DNA of 64,000 nucleotides from a virus (Duplodnaviria; Caudoviricetes). Below, one piece after another: positions 8,313 to 17,877 of the stretch (the stretch's first letter is position 1; every line of letters begins with the position of its first letter). The DNA lies in IMG/VR virus record IMGVR_UViG_3300033074_001936, positions 30,915 through 94,914 of that record. One strand, written 5' to 3'. The notes beneath the pieces were generated by a model. The model worked only from the letters and a program-made list of their open reading frames with translations. It did not search any database and was not told the origin of the DNA. The position numbers and the translations under genes were made by a program.

Positions 8313-9599
8313 ATGGCTGATCGCGCGCGCTCGAGCCGCAAGAACATCATGCGGGAGTTCGTAATCAACGAGCTCTCCGCGGTCGACCGGCCGGCGCAGG
8401 CCCACGCCCGCGCCGTCATCATGAAGCGAGATGATGGAGGCGTCGGCAAAGACGTCGGCAAAGACTATGATTCTCCGGCCGTTGTCGCCCTCGCGACGGT
8501 GGGGCGGAAGGTGCGCGCGATGGACTTCGATGAGGTCGTCGCCGAGCAGGGGTCGCGGGAAGCTGCAGAGCGCGTCCAGAGCTGCGTCCGCACAAAGTGG
8601 CAGGCGCTCCAGCGTGCGTTCGACAGCATTGCTGCTGATGAGTCGCTGGCTCCCGCCGACAAAGTGGGCGCCATGCGTGACTCTGTCGGACAGTTTCTTG
8701 ACGCCGTGCGGGCGGAGTCCGAGGCAATCGCCGATGCCATCACCAAGTCTCTAGCCGCAGTTCCGGCACTTGCCGAGCTGCTCGACCAAGTCGGCAACGA
8801 AGGAGATGAACCGATGACCGACGCCGAAAAGAAGCAGCTCGCCGAGATGCAGAAGACTGTCGCCTCCCTCAAGGCGCAGCTCGAGGCGGCATCCGCCGAT
8901 GACCCGGCCAAGAAGGCGGCCGAGCTGCAAGATGCGCTCGACAAGGTGCAAATCGAGCTGGCCGATCTCACCAAGAAGCTCGAGACTTCGGAAGCCGAGA
9001 AGGCATCGGCGCTGGCGAAGGCCGGCATGTCCGATGCCGAGAAGGAATATCTCGCCGGCTTGTCGGGCGAGGACAAGGTCAAGTTCATGCAGGCATCGCC
9101 GGCCGACCGCAAGAAGATGATGGCCAAGGCCGCGGATGCGGACCCGATCATCTACAAGGCCGCTGATGGGCAGGAATATCGCGGCAGCGATGATCCCCGC
9201 CTGGTCGCCATGGCCAAGCGCGCCGATGAGATGACGAAGCGGGCCGACGAAGAGCGGACTGCTCGCGAGACTGCCGAGCTCACCAAGCGGGCCGACGACT
9301 TCCTCAAGGCCTTCGCCGGCGACTCTGCGGAGAAGGTCGAGGTCTTGCGCGCTATCGCCAAGATGACGGATGAGCCGCGCAAGGCGCTGGAGAAGATGCT
9401 GGAGGCCGGCGGCAAGGCCATCGCCGCGGCGTTCCAGACCATCGGCCGCGCGTCGGGCGAGCTGAGCAAGAGCGCCGCCGACTTCAACAAGCGGGTCGAT
9501 GAGATCCAGAAGCGCGACAACTGCTCGCGCGTCGACGCCATGTCCAAGGCGCGCATCGAGGACCCGGCGGCCTTCGAGGCCATGCAGGCGTCGAACTAA
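8313..9599 (+). CDS. Capsid scaffolding protein with N-terminal protease-like strand
   Basis: INELSAVDRPAQ at the N-terminus, long Ala/Lys/Glu coiled coil, position upstream of capsid genes. Confidence 0.75.
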   Translation: MADRARSSRKNIMREFVINELSAVDRPAQAHARAVIMKRDDGGVGKDVGKDYDSPAVVALATVGRKVRAMDFDEVVAEQGSREAAERVQSCVRTKWQALQRAFDSIAADESLAPADKVGAMRDSVGQFLDAVRAESEAIADAITKSLAAVPALAELLDQVGNEGDEPMTDAEKKQLAEMQKTVASLKAQLEAASADDPAKKAAELQDALDKVQIELADLTKKLETSEAEKASALAKAGMSDAEKEYLAGLSGEDKVKFMQASPADRKKMMAKAADADPIIYKAADGQEYRGSDDPRLVAMAKRADEMTKRADEERTARETAELTKRADDFLKAFAGDSAEKVEVLRAIAKMTDEPRKALEKMLEAGGKAIAAAFQTIGRASGELSKSAADFNKRVDEIQKRDNCSRVDAMSKARIEDPAAFEAMQASN

Positions 9600-9626
9600 C
9601 CCCCGGCGAGGAAAGGAACAGCACTC

Positions 9627-10004
9627 ATGTCCATCCAGAAGATTGACGAGGCATTCACGTACGCGGAGAACGCGGGCGCGGACTTGTCCGAGAAGCTCCA
9701 CTTCTTCGCCAAGATCGACACCGATGGCGACATCGTGCTCGCCGGCGATGGCGGGCCGGTTGCCGGCGTCATCATCGAGTCGGCGGCGGAGAACTATCCC
9801 GTTTCCATCGCGTTCGGCGCCATCGGCAAGGTGATCTGTGCCGAAGCGATCACTCCGGGGGCGATCATCGCCTCCGACGCCGACGGCAAGGCGGTTGCGG
9901 CGGCGGCCGGCGACTGGATCGTCGGCATCGCCATCAACAAAGCCGCCTCCACCGCAGGTGACCTCGTTCCGTTCATCTTCGCGTCCGGTCGCCGGCACGC
10001 ATAA
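9627..10004 (+). CDS. Capsid decoration/cement protein (DUF2190-like)
   Basis: GAIGKVICAEAITPGAIIASDADGKAV; directly upstream of the major capsid gene. Confidence 0.75.
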   Translation: MSIQKIDEAFTYAENAGADLSEKLHFFAKIDTDGDIVLAGDGGPVAGVIIESAAENYPVSIAFGAIGKVICAEAITPGAIIASDADGKAVAAAAGDWIVGIAINKAASTAGDLVPFIFASGRRHA

Positions 10005-10035
10005 CCCCTGATTAACTCAAACAGGAGACCCCGCG

Positions 10036-11022
10036 ATGCCCGCGAGTAACATTCGAGGCACCATCCACGTCGACCGGTACCTGACGAACTTTTCTCTGGC
10101 CTGGATTCAGAGTCAAGTTCACTTCGTCGGGCGTCGCGCGTCGACCATCATCCCGGTCACCAATCAGTCCAACAAGTACGTCGTGTATCCGCGCGGCTAC
10201 TTCTGGCGGGATGAGTCCAAGCCGCGCCCCCTCGGCGGCCGCCCCGTTCAGATCACCTACGAGGTCGGGGAGGGCACCTACTCCGCGCAGGAGTGGGCGC
10301 TCGAGCACCTCATCGACGACCGGCAGCGTGCCAACACCGACGCGCCCATCAACCTCGACGAGAATGCCACGCGGCTCCTGTCGATGAAGCAGATGATTCG
10401 CATGGATCGTCTGTGGGCGGAGAAGTTCTTCGTCCCCGGCGCCTGGACGACCTTGCGCGTCGGCACCGCATCGACGCCCGGCGCCGGTCAGTTCCTGCAG
10501 TTCGGCGACGCGAACTCCGATCCGATCATGACCATCGACGCCGCCAAGGATGCGATGTTCAAGATCACCGGGTTTATGCCGAATACGCTGGTCCTGGGAT
10601 CCGATGTGCGGACCCAACTGCGGAGCCACCCCGACATCGCCGACCGCATCAAGTACACCGGCGTGGGCCTGGCCGATGAGGCCAAGCTTCAGGAGCTGTT
10701 CGACGTGCCGAACGTGGTGACGGCCCGCGCGCTGTACACGACGTCCGCGGAGGGCGCCACCGATGCGTTCGACCACATCGTCGACTCCAAGTCGATGTGG
10801 CTCGGGTACATCGCCCCCTCCCCGGCGCTCGACACTCCGACGGCCATCGCGACGTTCGCGTGGACGGGCCTCCTCCCCGGCGTGACCAACGCCCTCGGCG
10901 GGGTCATGGAGCGCGGCCGTGATGATCGCGCGCACTCCGACTGGTTCCACAATCGGATGGCGTTCGACATCAAGCAGGTGTCGGCCGACCTCGGCATCTT
11001 CTTTCAGAACGCCGTCGCGTAA
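10036..11022 (+). CDS. Major capsid protein
   Basis: HVDRYLTNFS, SDPIMTIDAAK...TGFMPNTLVLG, HPDI; 328 aa; strong RBS; synteny. Confidence 0.9.
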   Translation: MPASNIRGTIHVDRYLTNFSLAWIQSQVHFVGRRASTIIPVTNQSNKYVVYPRGYFWRDESKPRPLGGRPVQITYEVGEGTYSAQEWALEHLIDDRQRANTDAPINLDENATRLLSMKQMIRMDRLWAEKFFVPGAWTTLRVGTASTPGAGQFLQFGDANSDPIMTIDAAKDAMFKITGFMPNTLVLGSDVRTQLRSHPDIADRIKYTGVGLADEAKLQELFDVPNVVTARALYTTSAEGATDAFDHIVDSKSMWLGYIAPSPALDTPTAIATFAWTGLLPGVTNALGGVMERGRDDRAHSDWFHNRMAFDIKQVSADLGIFFQNAVA

Positions 11023-11046
11023 GCGCGGCCTGCGGGAGGATGAACC

Positions 11047-11433
11047 ATGGTTGCTCAGCAGCGCCGTACGGCGTTTGATCCGGGGCTGACCTACGAAGTC
11101 GCGCGGGAGTTTCGCCTCAACGGCGAGCTCCTGTGCCCCGGAGATGCATTCGACGCGGGCAAGGCTGACCCGCGCCGGATGCGCCAGCTCTACGACACCA
11201 GGCTCATCCGGGCGGCCCCCGGAAGCGATGGGCGGCGGCTTGTTGCCCGCCGGCCCCTCGTTGTCGGGGGGGCGCATTACGCGCCGGGCGATGCGATCCC
11301 CCGTGATGCCGTGAAGTCGGCGGCCCGGCTCTCCCAGCTCATCGCGCGAGGGGACGTCGGCTTGCAAGCTGAGGCGGCGCGCGCCCGCCCCCGCCCCCGC
11401 CCCTCCCCGCGCCGGGCAAGGCTCGAGGAGTGA
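11047..11433 (+). CDS. Hypothetical virion-associated protein (two short repeated beta domains)
   Basis: YEVAREFRLNGELLCPGDAF and LVARRPLVVGGAHYAPGDAI internal repeat. Confidence 0.6.
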   Translation: MVAQQRRTAFDPGLTYEVAREFRLNGELLCPGDAFDAGKADPRRMRQLYDTRLIRAAPGSDGRRLVARRPLVVGGAHYAPGDAIPRDAVKSAARLSQLIARGDVGLQAEAARARPRPRPSPRRARLEE

Positions 11434-11437
11434 GCGC

Positions 11438-11815
11438 TTGGCGTCTCTCCTTGAGTCCGCGATCAAGGCGCAAGTAGCGTCGGCGTTTCGTGGCCGCTTG
11501 TTGCCCGGCACCCTGCGTCGCGTCCCCTACTCCTCCGTCGATGCGCTCGGCGATCCGACTCCGGGGGCCCCGCAGACATGGTCCTTCGACGGCATCGTGG
11601 ACTCGTTCAGCGCATTCTTCGCGGCGCAGGCGGGCATCCCCGCGACCGACTCGCGCATCTTGATCATCGCCGGGTCCCTCGCGACCCCGCCGCAGAAGGA
11701 CGACCAAGTGAAGCTCCGCGGCAAGTGGTACCAACTGCGTCGCCTCGTGGAGCAGGACCCGGCGGGGGCGACGTACATCTTCTCTGGGTATGAGATCGAA
11801 GACCCGACTGCATGA
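11438..11815 (+). CDS. Head-tail joining / head closure protein
   Basis: Size, synteny, PQKDDQV and QDPAGATY motifs. Confidence 0.65.
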   Translation: MASLLESAIKAQVASAFRGRLLPGTLRRVPYSSVDALGDPTPGAPQTWSFDGIVDSFSAFFAAQAGIPATDSRILIIAGSLATPPQKDDQVKLRGKWYQLRRLVEQDPAGATYIFSGYEIEDPTA

Positions 11816-12213
11816 CTGTTCGGCTCAATGAGCGTGAGCTCCAGCAGCGCGTAGTGCGCGGCATGCAGCGCGGCATCTTCGCCGCAACCGAGGCGGTGCG
11901 CAACGAGGCCATCCGCCTGGTCCTGTCGCCCCCGAAGACCGGGCGCATCTATCGACGCCGCGGCGTCGAGCATCAGGCGTCGGCGCCGGGCGAGGCCCCG
12001 GCAAGTGACACCGGCCGCCTCGCCGCCTCGATCCGCACCCGCTACGAAGACAACTACTTCACCGGCATTGTCGTCGCGTCGACGCTCTACGCGAGCTATC
12101 TCGAGTTCGGGACCTCCCGCATGGAGCCGCGCCCCTACATGCGCCCCGCGCTGGCGGCGATCAATGTTCGCGGCATGATCGAGGATGCCGTGGTGGCGGC
12201 AATCGATGCCTGA
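11812..12213 (+). CDS. HK97 gp10-like neck protein
   Basis: HQASAPGEAPASDTGRLAASI, YASYLEFGTSRMEPRPYMRPA. Confidence 0.9.
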   Translation: MTVRLNERELQQRVVRGMQRGIFAATEAVRNEAIRLVLSPPKTGRIYRRRGVEHQASAPGEAPASDTGRLAASIRTRYEDNYFTGIVVASTLYASYLEFGTSRMEPRPYMRPALAAINVRGMIEDAVVAAIDA

Positions 12214-12655
12214 TCTCCTCGCCGCGCTGCGCTCCGCGCTCGTTGGCTCCGGCGCCGTCGCAGGTGAGCTGCCGGAGTACGCGGGCTCGCTCCCCATCTT
12301 CACCCGGCGCCCCGTTCCCGATGATGCCCCCATGCCCATGATCATCATCAACCCGCAGATTCAGGCCGGGCAGGCCGACGGCATGCGCGATCAGCGGCCG
12401 GTCATCGTGCATGACATCATCGCGTATGGGCGCAACGGAACCGCGGGGACTTCGGATGACTACCGCCGCATCGAGCGCCTCGCCCACGCCGTGCAGCAGC
12501 TGCTTCACAGGCGGCCGGACCGCCTGTCGCCCGCCAACGGGTGGGCGATCATCGATGTCGTCGCGAGCGGCCCATCGCCGGCCCCCGGCGATGATGAGCA
12601 GACCATCGCGCGGCGGGTCGAAGTGACCGTACGGGCCGCGCGCTTGACCGCGTAA
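12206..12655 (+). CDS. Tail completion/terminator protein (DUF3168-like)
   Basis: Size and synteny between the neck and tail tube genes. Confidence 0.7.
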   Translation: MPDLLAALRSALVGSGAVAGELPEYAGSLPIFTRRPVPDDAPMPMIIINPQIQAGQADGMRDQRPVIVHDIIAYGRNGTAGTSDDYRRIERLAHAVQQLLHRRPDRLSPANGWAIIDVVASGPSPAPGDDEQTIARRVEVTVRAARLTA

Positions 12656-12671
12656 AGAAGGAGAAGCCAAG

Positions 12672-13127
12672 ATGCCCTTGTATCCCGTCGCAGGATCGAC
12701 CATTGACATCGGGCAGGTCATGGACCCGTCTGTTGATGATTTGGTCGCCGCAGATTTTGCCGGCCAGTCATGGCTCAACATTCCTTGGTGGGAGTCGGGT
12801 TCTCCGTTCGGCGATGAGGCCGCGGAGATCGCGACTGATTACATCGACTCCGGCCGCACGCATAAGTCTAAAGGAACGCGCAACGCGGGCACCATGACCT
12901 GCGTGTTCGGCATCGATGATGATAGTGATGGTCAAGCGACGTTGTATGGCGCTGAGACCACCAACGACAACTATGCGTTTCGCATCACCTACCCATCGGG
13001 AGCCGTGCGCTACTTCCTCGCGCAAGTCATGTCTGCGCGCGAAGATGTTTCTGGCCCCAACAACGACTTGAAGCTCACGGCGGCGCTGGGCATCAACTCG
13101 AACGTCGTACGGGTGGCGGCGGCTTAA
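12672..13127 (+). CDS. Major tail tube protein
   Basis: KSKGTRNAGTM, DGQATL, NYAFRITY, LGINS. Confidence 0.85.
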   Translation: MPLYPVAGSTIDIGQVMDPSVDDLVAADFAGQSWLNIPWWESGSPFGDEAAEIATDYIDSGRTHKSKGTRNAGTMTCVFGIDDDSDGQATLYGAETTNDNYAFRITYPSGAVRYFLAQVMSAREDVSGPNNDLKLTAALGINSNVVRVAAA

Positions 13128-13157
13128 GTTGTTTGATGCAAGAGGGAGGACTAATAA

Positions 13158-13580
13158 ATGTCTGACTACAAGCCGAGGCTCGGCTCGGGCAACGTGCGCA
13201 TTACAATCGATGGGGAAGCGCTCGAACTCGTGCCGACGTACGCAGCCATGGCGAAGATCAGCTCGCGGGGCGGTGGCCTGCGCGGGGCAATGGAGCGCAT
13301 CTTGCAGCTCGACGCCGACACCATCGTCGATGTGATCACTGTCGGTCTCGGCTACGGGGCGAACAAGCGGCCTCCGAAGGACCTATCTGAGCGCATCTGG
13401 CGCACGGGCTTCACGCTCACGACTGGCGGCATCGCCGACGCAGCATTCGAGTACGTGAATGTCCTCGCGAACGGCGGTCAGCCCGTGCCGAAGGACGAGC
13501 CGGGCAGTGAAGAGGCTGAGGCAGAGGGGGCGCGCCAAGACTCCCAGGACCCTCCGCCACCGACGACGCTCCCTCAGTAG
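13158..13580 (+). CDS. Tail assembly chaperone (G, GTA gp10-like)
   Basis: GNVRITIDGEALELVPTYAAM; lies between tail tube and tape measure. Confidence 0.8.
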   Translation: MSDYKPRLGSGNVRITIDGEALELVPTYAAMAKISSRGGGLRGAMERILQLDADTIVDVITVGLGYGANKRPPKDLSERIWRTGFTLTTGGIADAAFEYVNVLANGGQPVPKDEPGSEEAEAEGARQDSQDPPPPTTLPQ

Positions 13581-13855
13581 AGGAGTACTACGAAGCCCTC
13601 ATGAAGATCGCGCTGGGCGAGCTCGGATGGCCGCCCGATCAAGCGTACTGGACAGACGTGAACGCAATCATACTCGCGAGCGAGGGCCGCGCCGATCTGC
13701 TGTGCAGGATCGGCCTCATGCGGCGCAAGGACCCCTCGCTTACTACCGCAAGGCCGCCGCGGGATGCCCGCGGGCGGCCCTCATCATTTGAGGCCGCGTT
13801 TGAGCGACGCATCTCGGCCATGAACGCGCGGCGTCGCAGCAGCAAACCCCGATGA
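13550..13855 (+). CDS. Tail assembly chaperone C-terminal extension (T), probably made by a -1 frameshift
   Basis: The -1 frame is open from 13520 and reads PSATDDAPSVEEYYEALMKIALGELGWPPDQAYW. Confidence 0.65.
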   Translation, partial: PSATDDAPSVEEYYEALMKIALGELGWPPDQAYWTDVNAIILASEGRADLLCRIGLMRRKDPSLTTARPPRDARGRPSSFEAAFERRISAMNARRRSSKPR

Positions 13856-16125
13856 CCCTACAAGTCGGTGAAGTCTCCATCCACATCCGCGCAGACTCCA
13901 CGACGCTGTCTGCGGACATCGCTCGTGCGCGGCGCCAGCTCGACGACTTCGACAAGTCGGTGACGCGCAATTCTTCGAACATGCGGGGGCTGACTGCGGC
14001 AGGGGCGGCGGCTGTGGGCTTCTTGGGCGGCTTTGTCGGCAGCCTCATCGCGTCGACGATCAACATCGACATGTTGACTTTGGGGGTGAGCAAGGCCGTC
14101 CGCTCATTCGCTGAGCTGGAGCTCGAGCAGGCGACTTACAATGGGGTGCTGCGTGCGACGGGGCTCGCTGCCGGGCGCACTGCGGCAGACATCGAAGAGC
14201 TCGCGGAAGGCATCCGTCAAACCACGCTGGCGACTGAGGGAGGAGTCCGCTCTGCGGCGGCCAAGCTCCTCACATTTCGCTCGGTCACGGGGGAGACGTT
14301 TGACGAGGCACTTAAGCTGTCGCAAGATCTCGCTGCTGTGGGCTTCGGGTCGATTACTTCCGCCGCGACTATGATGGGCAGGGCCCTCGAGGATCCCATC
14401 GCCGGAATGACGGCGCTGCGCCGCGCTGGTATTGTATTCTCCACCGCTCAAAAGGAGATCATAAAAGACCTCATCGAGACTGGACAGCAGGCGAAGGCCA
14501 TGGAGACCTTGCTGAGCAGCGTGCGTCAGCAAGTCGGTGGGGCAGGAAGCAGCCAAGGGAACACCCTAGCGGGCGCCTTTAATCAGGCCAGCGAGTCACT
14601 GAACAACTGGTTTGAAATCGTCGGGCAGGGGATAGTAAGAGCAACCGGCCTGCGCGGCGTCATCCTCGGTATAGTCGGGGCCTTGGATGAGTTTAACAAA
14701 AGGGCGCAGGCGGCTGGGACCGCTGCCGGGCAAGTCGAGCTCCTTGAGGAGGAGCTGCAAAAGCTTCGCGAGACCTACAATACTGGTTGGGGTATTGATG
14801 TTGGGCTGACGCGGGCGCGCATAGCCGAGATCGAACGACAGCTTCCCGCGCTCAGGCAAGTAGCCGCCAACGAGAAGCTTGCTGCGGAACAAGCCAAACT
14901 CATTGCCAGCAACTCCGCCTTTGAGCAGTCGGAGAAGACCAAGCGCGAGGCCTTCTCGGGGACCATCACTATCTTGCGGTCGGAGACTGAGGAACTTCGC
15001 AAGAGTACGCTTGAGCAAGAAGTTAACAAGCGCATCAGGCAAGCGCGCATCGATGTAACCACGCAAGAGGGGCTGGCGCGCGCTCAGGCGATCCGCGCCG
15101 AGGTCACAGAACAATTTTACCTCAAGAGTGGCGCATCCCTCCTGAACCAGCGCATCTCTCTCCTCGGCGAGCTCGCGACCGCCGAAGAACGCGCGGCCGC
15201 CTCGAACCGCCAGATTACCGAGGCGCGCAAGGCGGGGGCATCTTTCACCGCGCGTGAGATCGCCCTCATGCGCGAGCGCAATGCGATGCGGGCACAGGAG
15301 CAAGTCCTCAGTGAGCGCGTGACTTACGGGCTCGCCTCGAGCACTGAGATCGCGGCTCAGCGCCAGCGTGAGTTCAACGTCGTCGTCGCGCAGTATAACT
15401 TGAGCGCGCAGGAGCAGCTCATCCTCGGAGCGGCCCTCGATCGCAAGTATAAGGAGCTCGGAGATACAGTGGCGATCACGGCCTCGCGCTTTCCCGAGCT
15501 CACGCGCGCCGGCCTTGATGCCACCGACTTGTCCAAGCAGCTCGATTCTACGATTGTCAAGACCCTCAATGATATGTCGACTGTGATTGTCGACATTGCC
15601 GCCGGAACTCTGACGTGGCAGGAGGGGTTCAAGAAGCTCGCGTCCTCTGTCCTCCGAGACTTGGGGCAGATGCTCATCCGGGCAGCATTGTTCCGCGCAG
15701 CGATGGCAGTCTTCGGGGGGCCGACAGGCCAGCCGCTGAGCATCCTGCCGAAGTTCTCGGCGGGTGGCTTCACCGGCTCCGGCGGCAAGTACGAGCCCGC
15801 CGGAATCGTTCATCGGGGAGAATTTGTGCTCAACCGCGACGCCACGCGCCGCGTCGGCCTCCCGCGGCTGCACGCCCTCAACCGCGGTTATGCGGAGGGC
15901 GGTCTCGTCGACGCGCTCGAGGGGACTGCCTCTGCTCGCGCGCAGGGCATGCATGTCTCTGTCGGAGTGTCAGTAGACAGGGATGGCAACCTTCAAGCCT
16001 ATGTTAAAGACATCGCGCGCGGAGAGAGCGCGCGGGCGGCGCGCCAGTTCACCCGGACTGATGAGTTTCGCGCGCGGGCCGCGAGCGCATCGGCGGACTT
16101 CCGGGAGCGGCGCATCACAGCGTGA
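13852..16125 (+). CDS. Tape measure protein
   Basis: 757 aa Ala-rich helical protein; MGRALEDPIAGMTALRR; lambda-H-like C-terminal GGFTGSGGKYEPAGIVHRGEFV. Confidence 0.93.
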   Translation: MTLQVGEVSIHIRADSTTLSADIARARRQLDDFDKSVTRNSSNMRGLTAAGAAAVGFLGGFVGSLIASTINIDMLTLGVSKAVRSFAELELEQATYNGVLRATGLAAGRTAADIEELAEGIRQTTLATEGGVRSAAAKLLTFRSVTGETFDEALKLSQDLAAVGFGSITSAATMMGRALEDPIAGMTALRRAGIVFSTAQKEIIKDLIETGQQAKAMETLLSSVRQQVGGAGSSQGNTLAGAFNQASESLNNWFEIVGQGIVRATGLRGVILGIVGALDEFNKRAQAAGTAAGQVELLEEELQKLRETYNTGWGIDVGLTRARIAEIERQLPALRQVAANEKLAAEQAKLIASNSAFEQSEKTKREAFSGTITILRSETEELRKSTLEQEVNKRIRQARIDVTTQEGLARAQAIRAEVTEQFYLKSGASLLNQRISLLGELATAEERAAASNRQITEARKAGASFTAREIALMRERNAMRAQEQVLSERVTYGLASSTEIAAQRQREFNVVVAQYNLSAQEQLILGAALDRKYKELGDTVAITASRFPELTRAGLDATDLSKQLDSTIVKTLNDMSTVIVDIAAGTLTWQEGFKKLASSVLRDLGQMLIRAALFRAAMAVFGGPTGQPLSILPKFSAGGFTGSGGKYEPAGIVHRGEFVLNRDATRRVGLPRLHALNRGYAEGGLVDALEGTASARAQGMHVSVGVSVDRDGNLQAYVKDIARGESARAARQFTRTDEFRARAASASADFRERRITA

Positions 16126-16128
16126 ACC

Positions 16129-16779
16129 ATGGCGATTACTTTTCCCCGCACTGATGTTATGTCGTACTGCAATTTCCAGCCGGCGGCCGTGCCTCTGCGC
16201 CTGCATCGGCGGCAAGAGTTCTCGAGCACGGCGGGCGGCACCATCATCTCGAAAGATTTGGGACCGGCGATCTGGGTGGGATCGTTCGTGACCGAGCCCC
16301 TCGACATCATCGACATGGTCGAGTTCGAAGCCATTCTTCGTTCCCTCGACGGAGGCATCAGAAAGTTCGAGGCAGGCGACCTGCGGCGCAAGTATCCTGT
16401 GGCGCATCGCGATGGTAATTTCAACGATGTGGCAACATTGTTTGCTGTGCAGGCGGGTGGCGGTGCCATCCGGCTCGATGGCTGCGATGCAGGCTTCACT
16501 ATCACGCGTGGGGATTATTTCGAGTTCGATCATCCCGACGGCTCGCGCGCTCTTCATCAAGCGATGGAGACGGTCGTTGCCTCGGGCGCGGGAGTGACTG
16601 GGTATTTTGAAGTGAGGCCTCAGATTCGCGAGGAGGGCCTGACGCTGACCCCGCCCGTTGAAGTGCGGTTTAAGCAGCCAATGGGACTCTTCATCTTGGT
16701 ACCCAGCACTGTATCATCTGAGATGTTGGGCGGAGTCAACGGCATTATCAAGTTCGGCGCGGTCCAGGCGGTTACTTGA
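16129..16779 (+). CDS. Distal tail protein
   Basis: Directly after the tape measure; DLGPAIW, GDYF, FEVRP. Confidence 0.7.
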   Translation: MAITFPRTDVMSYCNFQPAAVPLRLHRRQEFSSTAGGTIISKDLGPAIWVGSFVTEPLDIIDMVEFEAILRSLDGGIRKFEAGDLRRKYPVAHRDGNFNDVATLFAVQAGGGAIRLDGCDAGFTITRGDYFEFDHPDGSRALHQAMETVVASGAGVTGYFEVRPQIREEGLTLTPPVEVRFKQPMGLFILVPSTVSSEMLGGVNGIIKFGAVQAVT

Positions 16780-16780
16780 G

Positions 16781-17410
16781 ATGCGGGGATCGTTATCAGC
16801 TGGAGTACTCGCAGCACTCGTGGCGAAGCGACTTGTTGCGCGCGACTTTCTCTGGATCATCGCGCGGCATCGCGATACGGGGGCTGATGTTCCCATCGGG
16901 TTTTGGTCGGACTTGGGTCCTAAGACCGCGCAGGTCGTCGATCCGGATAGTGGCTCCACGCAAGAACGCGAGTTTTACGGGGCGGGGGAGTTCATCAAGG
17001 TATCATCGGTCCCGCTCACCGCTAACTTGTCGGTGCAGACAGTGACTATCAGCATGTCGCAGATTGCGGACAGTGTGAATAGCTTTATCCGCACTTATGA
17101 CTGCAAGCAAGGTCGAGTGCAGTTGTTTCGCGGCTTGTTTAGTCCGACGACGCGGGTGCTCGTCGCCCCCGCCCCGTGCCGCTTTGTGGGCTTTATTGAT
17201 GGGATCAACATCAATACGCCCGAGGAAAATGAGGATGGAGAGATTGTCATCAGGTGCATGTCGCACACGCAAGAGATGATGCGGAGTAACTCCGATACCC
17301 GCTCGGATGCTTCGCAGAAGCTGCGCAGCGCAACGGACAACTTCTATCAAGACGCTGGAGTCGTCGGCGAGTGGGAGTTGTTCTGGGGCGGCGAGTCGGG
17401 GAACGGTTGA
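16781..17410 (+). CDS. Tail hub / minor tail protein
   Basis: GFWS, FYGAG, RFVGFID, RSDASQKLR...DNFYQ; synteny. Confidence 0.7.
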   Translation: MRGSLSAGVLAALVAKRLVARDFLWIIARHRDTGADVPIGFWSDLGPKTAQVVDPDSGSTQEREFYGAGEFIKVSSVPLTANLSVQTVTISMSQIADSVNSFIRTYDCKQGRVQLFRGLFSPTTRVLVAPAPCRFVGFIDGININTPEENEDGEIVIRCMSHTQEMMRSNSDTRSDASQKLRSATDNFYQDAGVVGEWELFWGGESGNG

Positions 17411-17874
17411 TGCGCGCAGTCCGCCACGCGCGACCGGTCGATAAGGAGTCCATCACTGCGATGATGCCGCCCGCCTATCGCGCGGCGGGCTTGCATGAGA
17501 TCTTGAAGGCTGAGCCGTCACCGGAGCAGCTAGAGTGGCTGTTTCAATGCCACCTGAACTTCGACAACGCGACTTGCATCGTGCTCGAGCAAGATGGCAA
17601 AGTCGCCGGCTTCCTCATGGCGGCAATCATGGAGCAGCCATTCGTCAAAGTCCGCATCGCCAAGGACACTTGCTGGTGGGTCGAGCCATCCCACCGCGGT
17701 TATATTTTTGCATGCAACGATATGTTGAATAAGTACGAGCAGTGGGCAGCGAGCTGCGGGTGCGCGTTCGCGGGCCTCGCCGGCATGGGGTCCGCGCCCC
17801 GTGTCGGCAAGCTCTACGCGCGCCGTGGCTATGCCGTCGCCGAGACACACTACCTCAAGTCGCTGATCGACTGA
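17410..17874 (+). CDS. GNAT-family acetyltransferase
   Basis: VAGFL, WWVEPSHRG, LYARRGY; TGATG coupling to the upstream gene. Confidence 0.8.
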   Translation: MRAVRHARPVDKESITAMMPPAYRAAGLHEILKAEPSPEQLEWLFQCHLNFDNATCIVLEQDGKVAGFLMAAIMEQPFVKVRIAKDTCWWVEPSHRGYIFACNDMLNKYEQWAASCGCAFAGLAGMGSAPRVGKLYARRGYAVAETHYLKSLID

Positions 17875-17877
17875 CAG

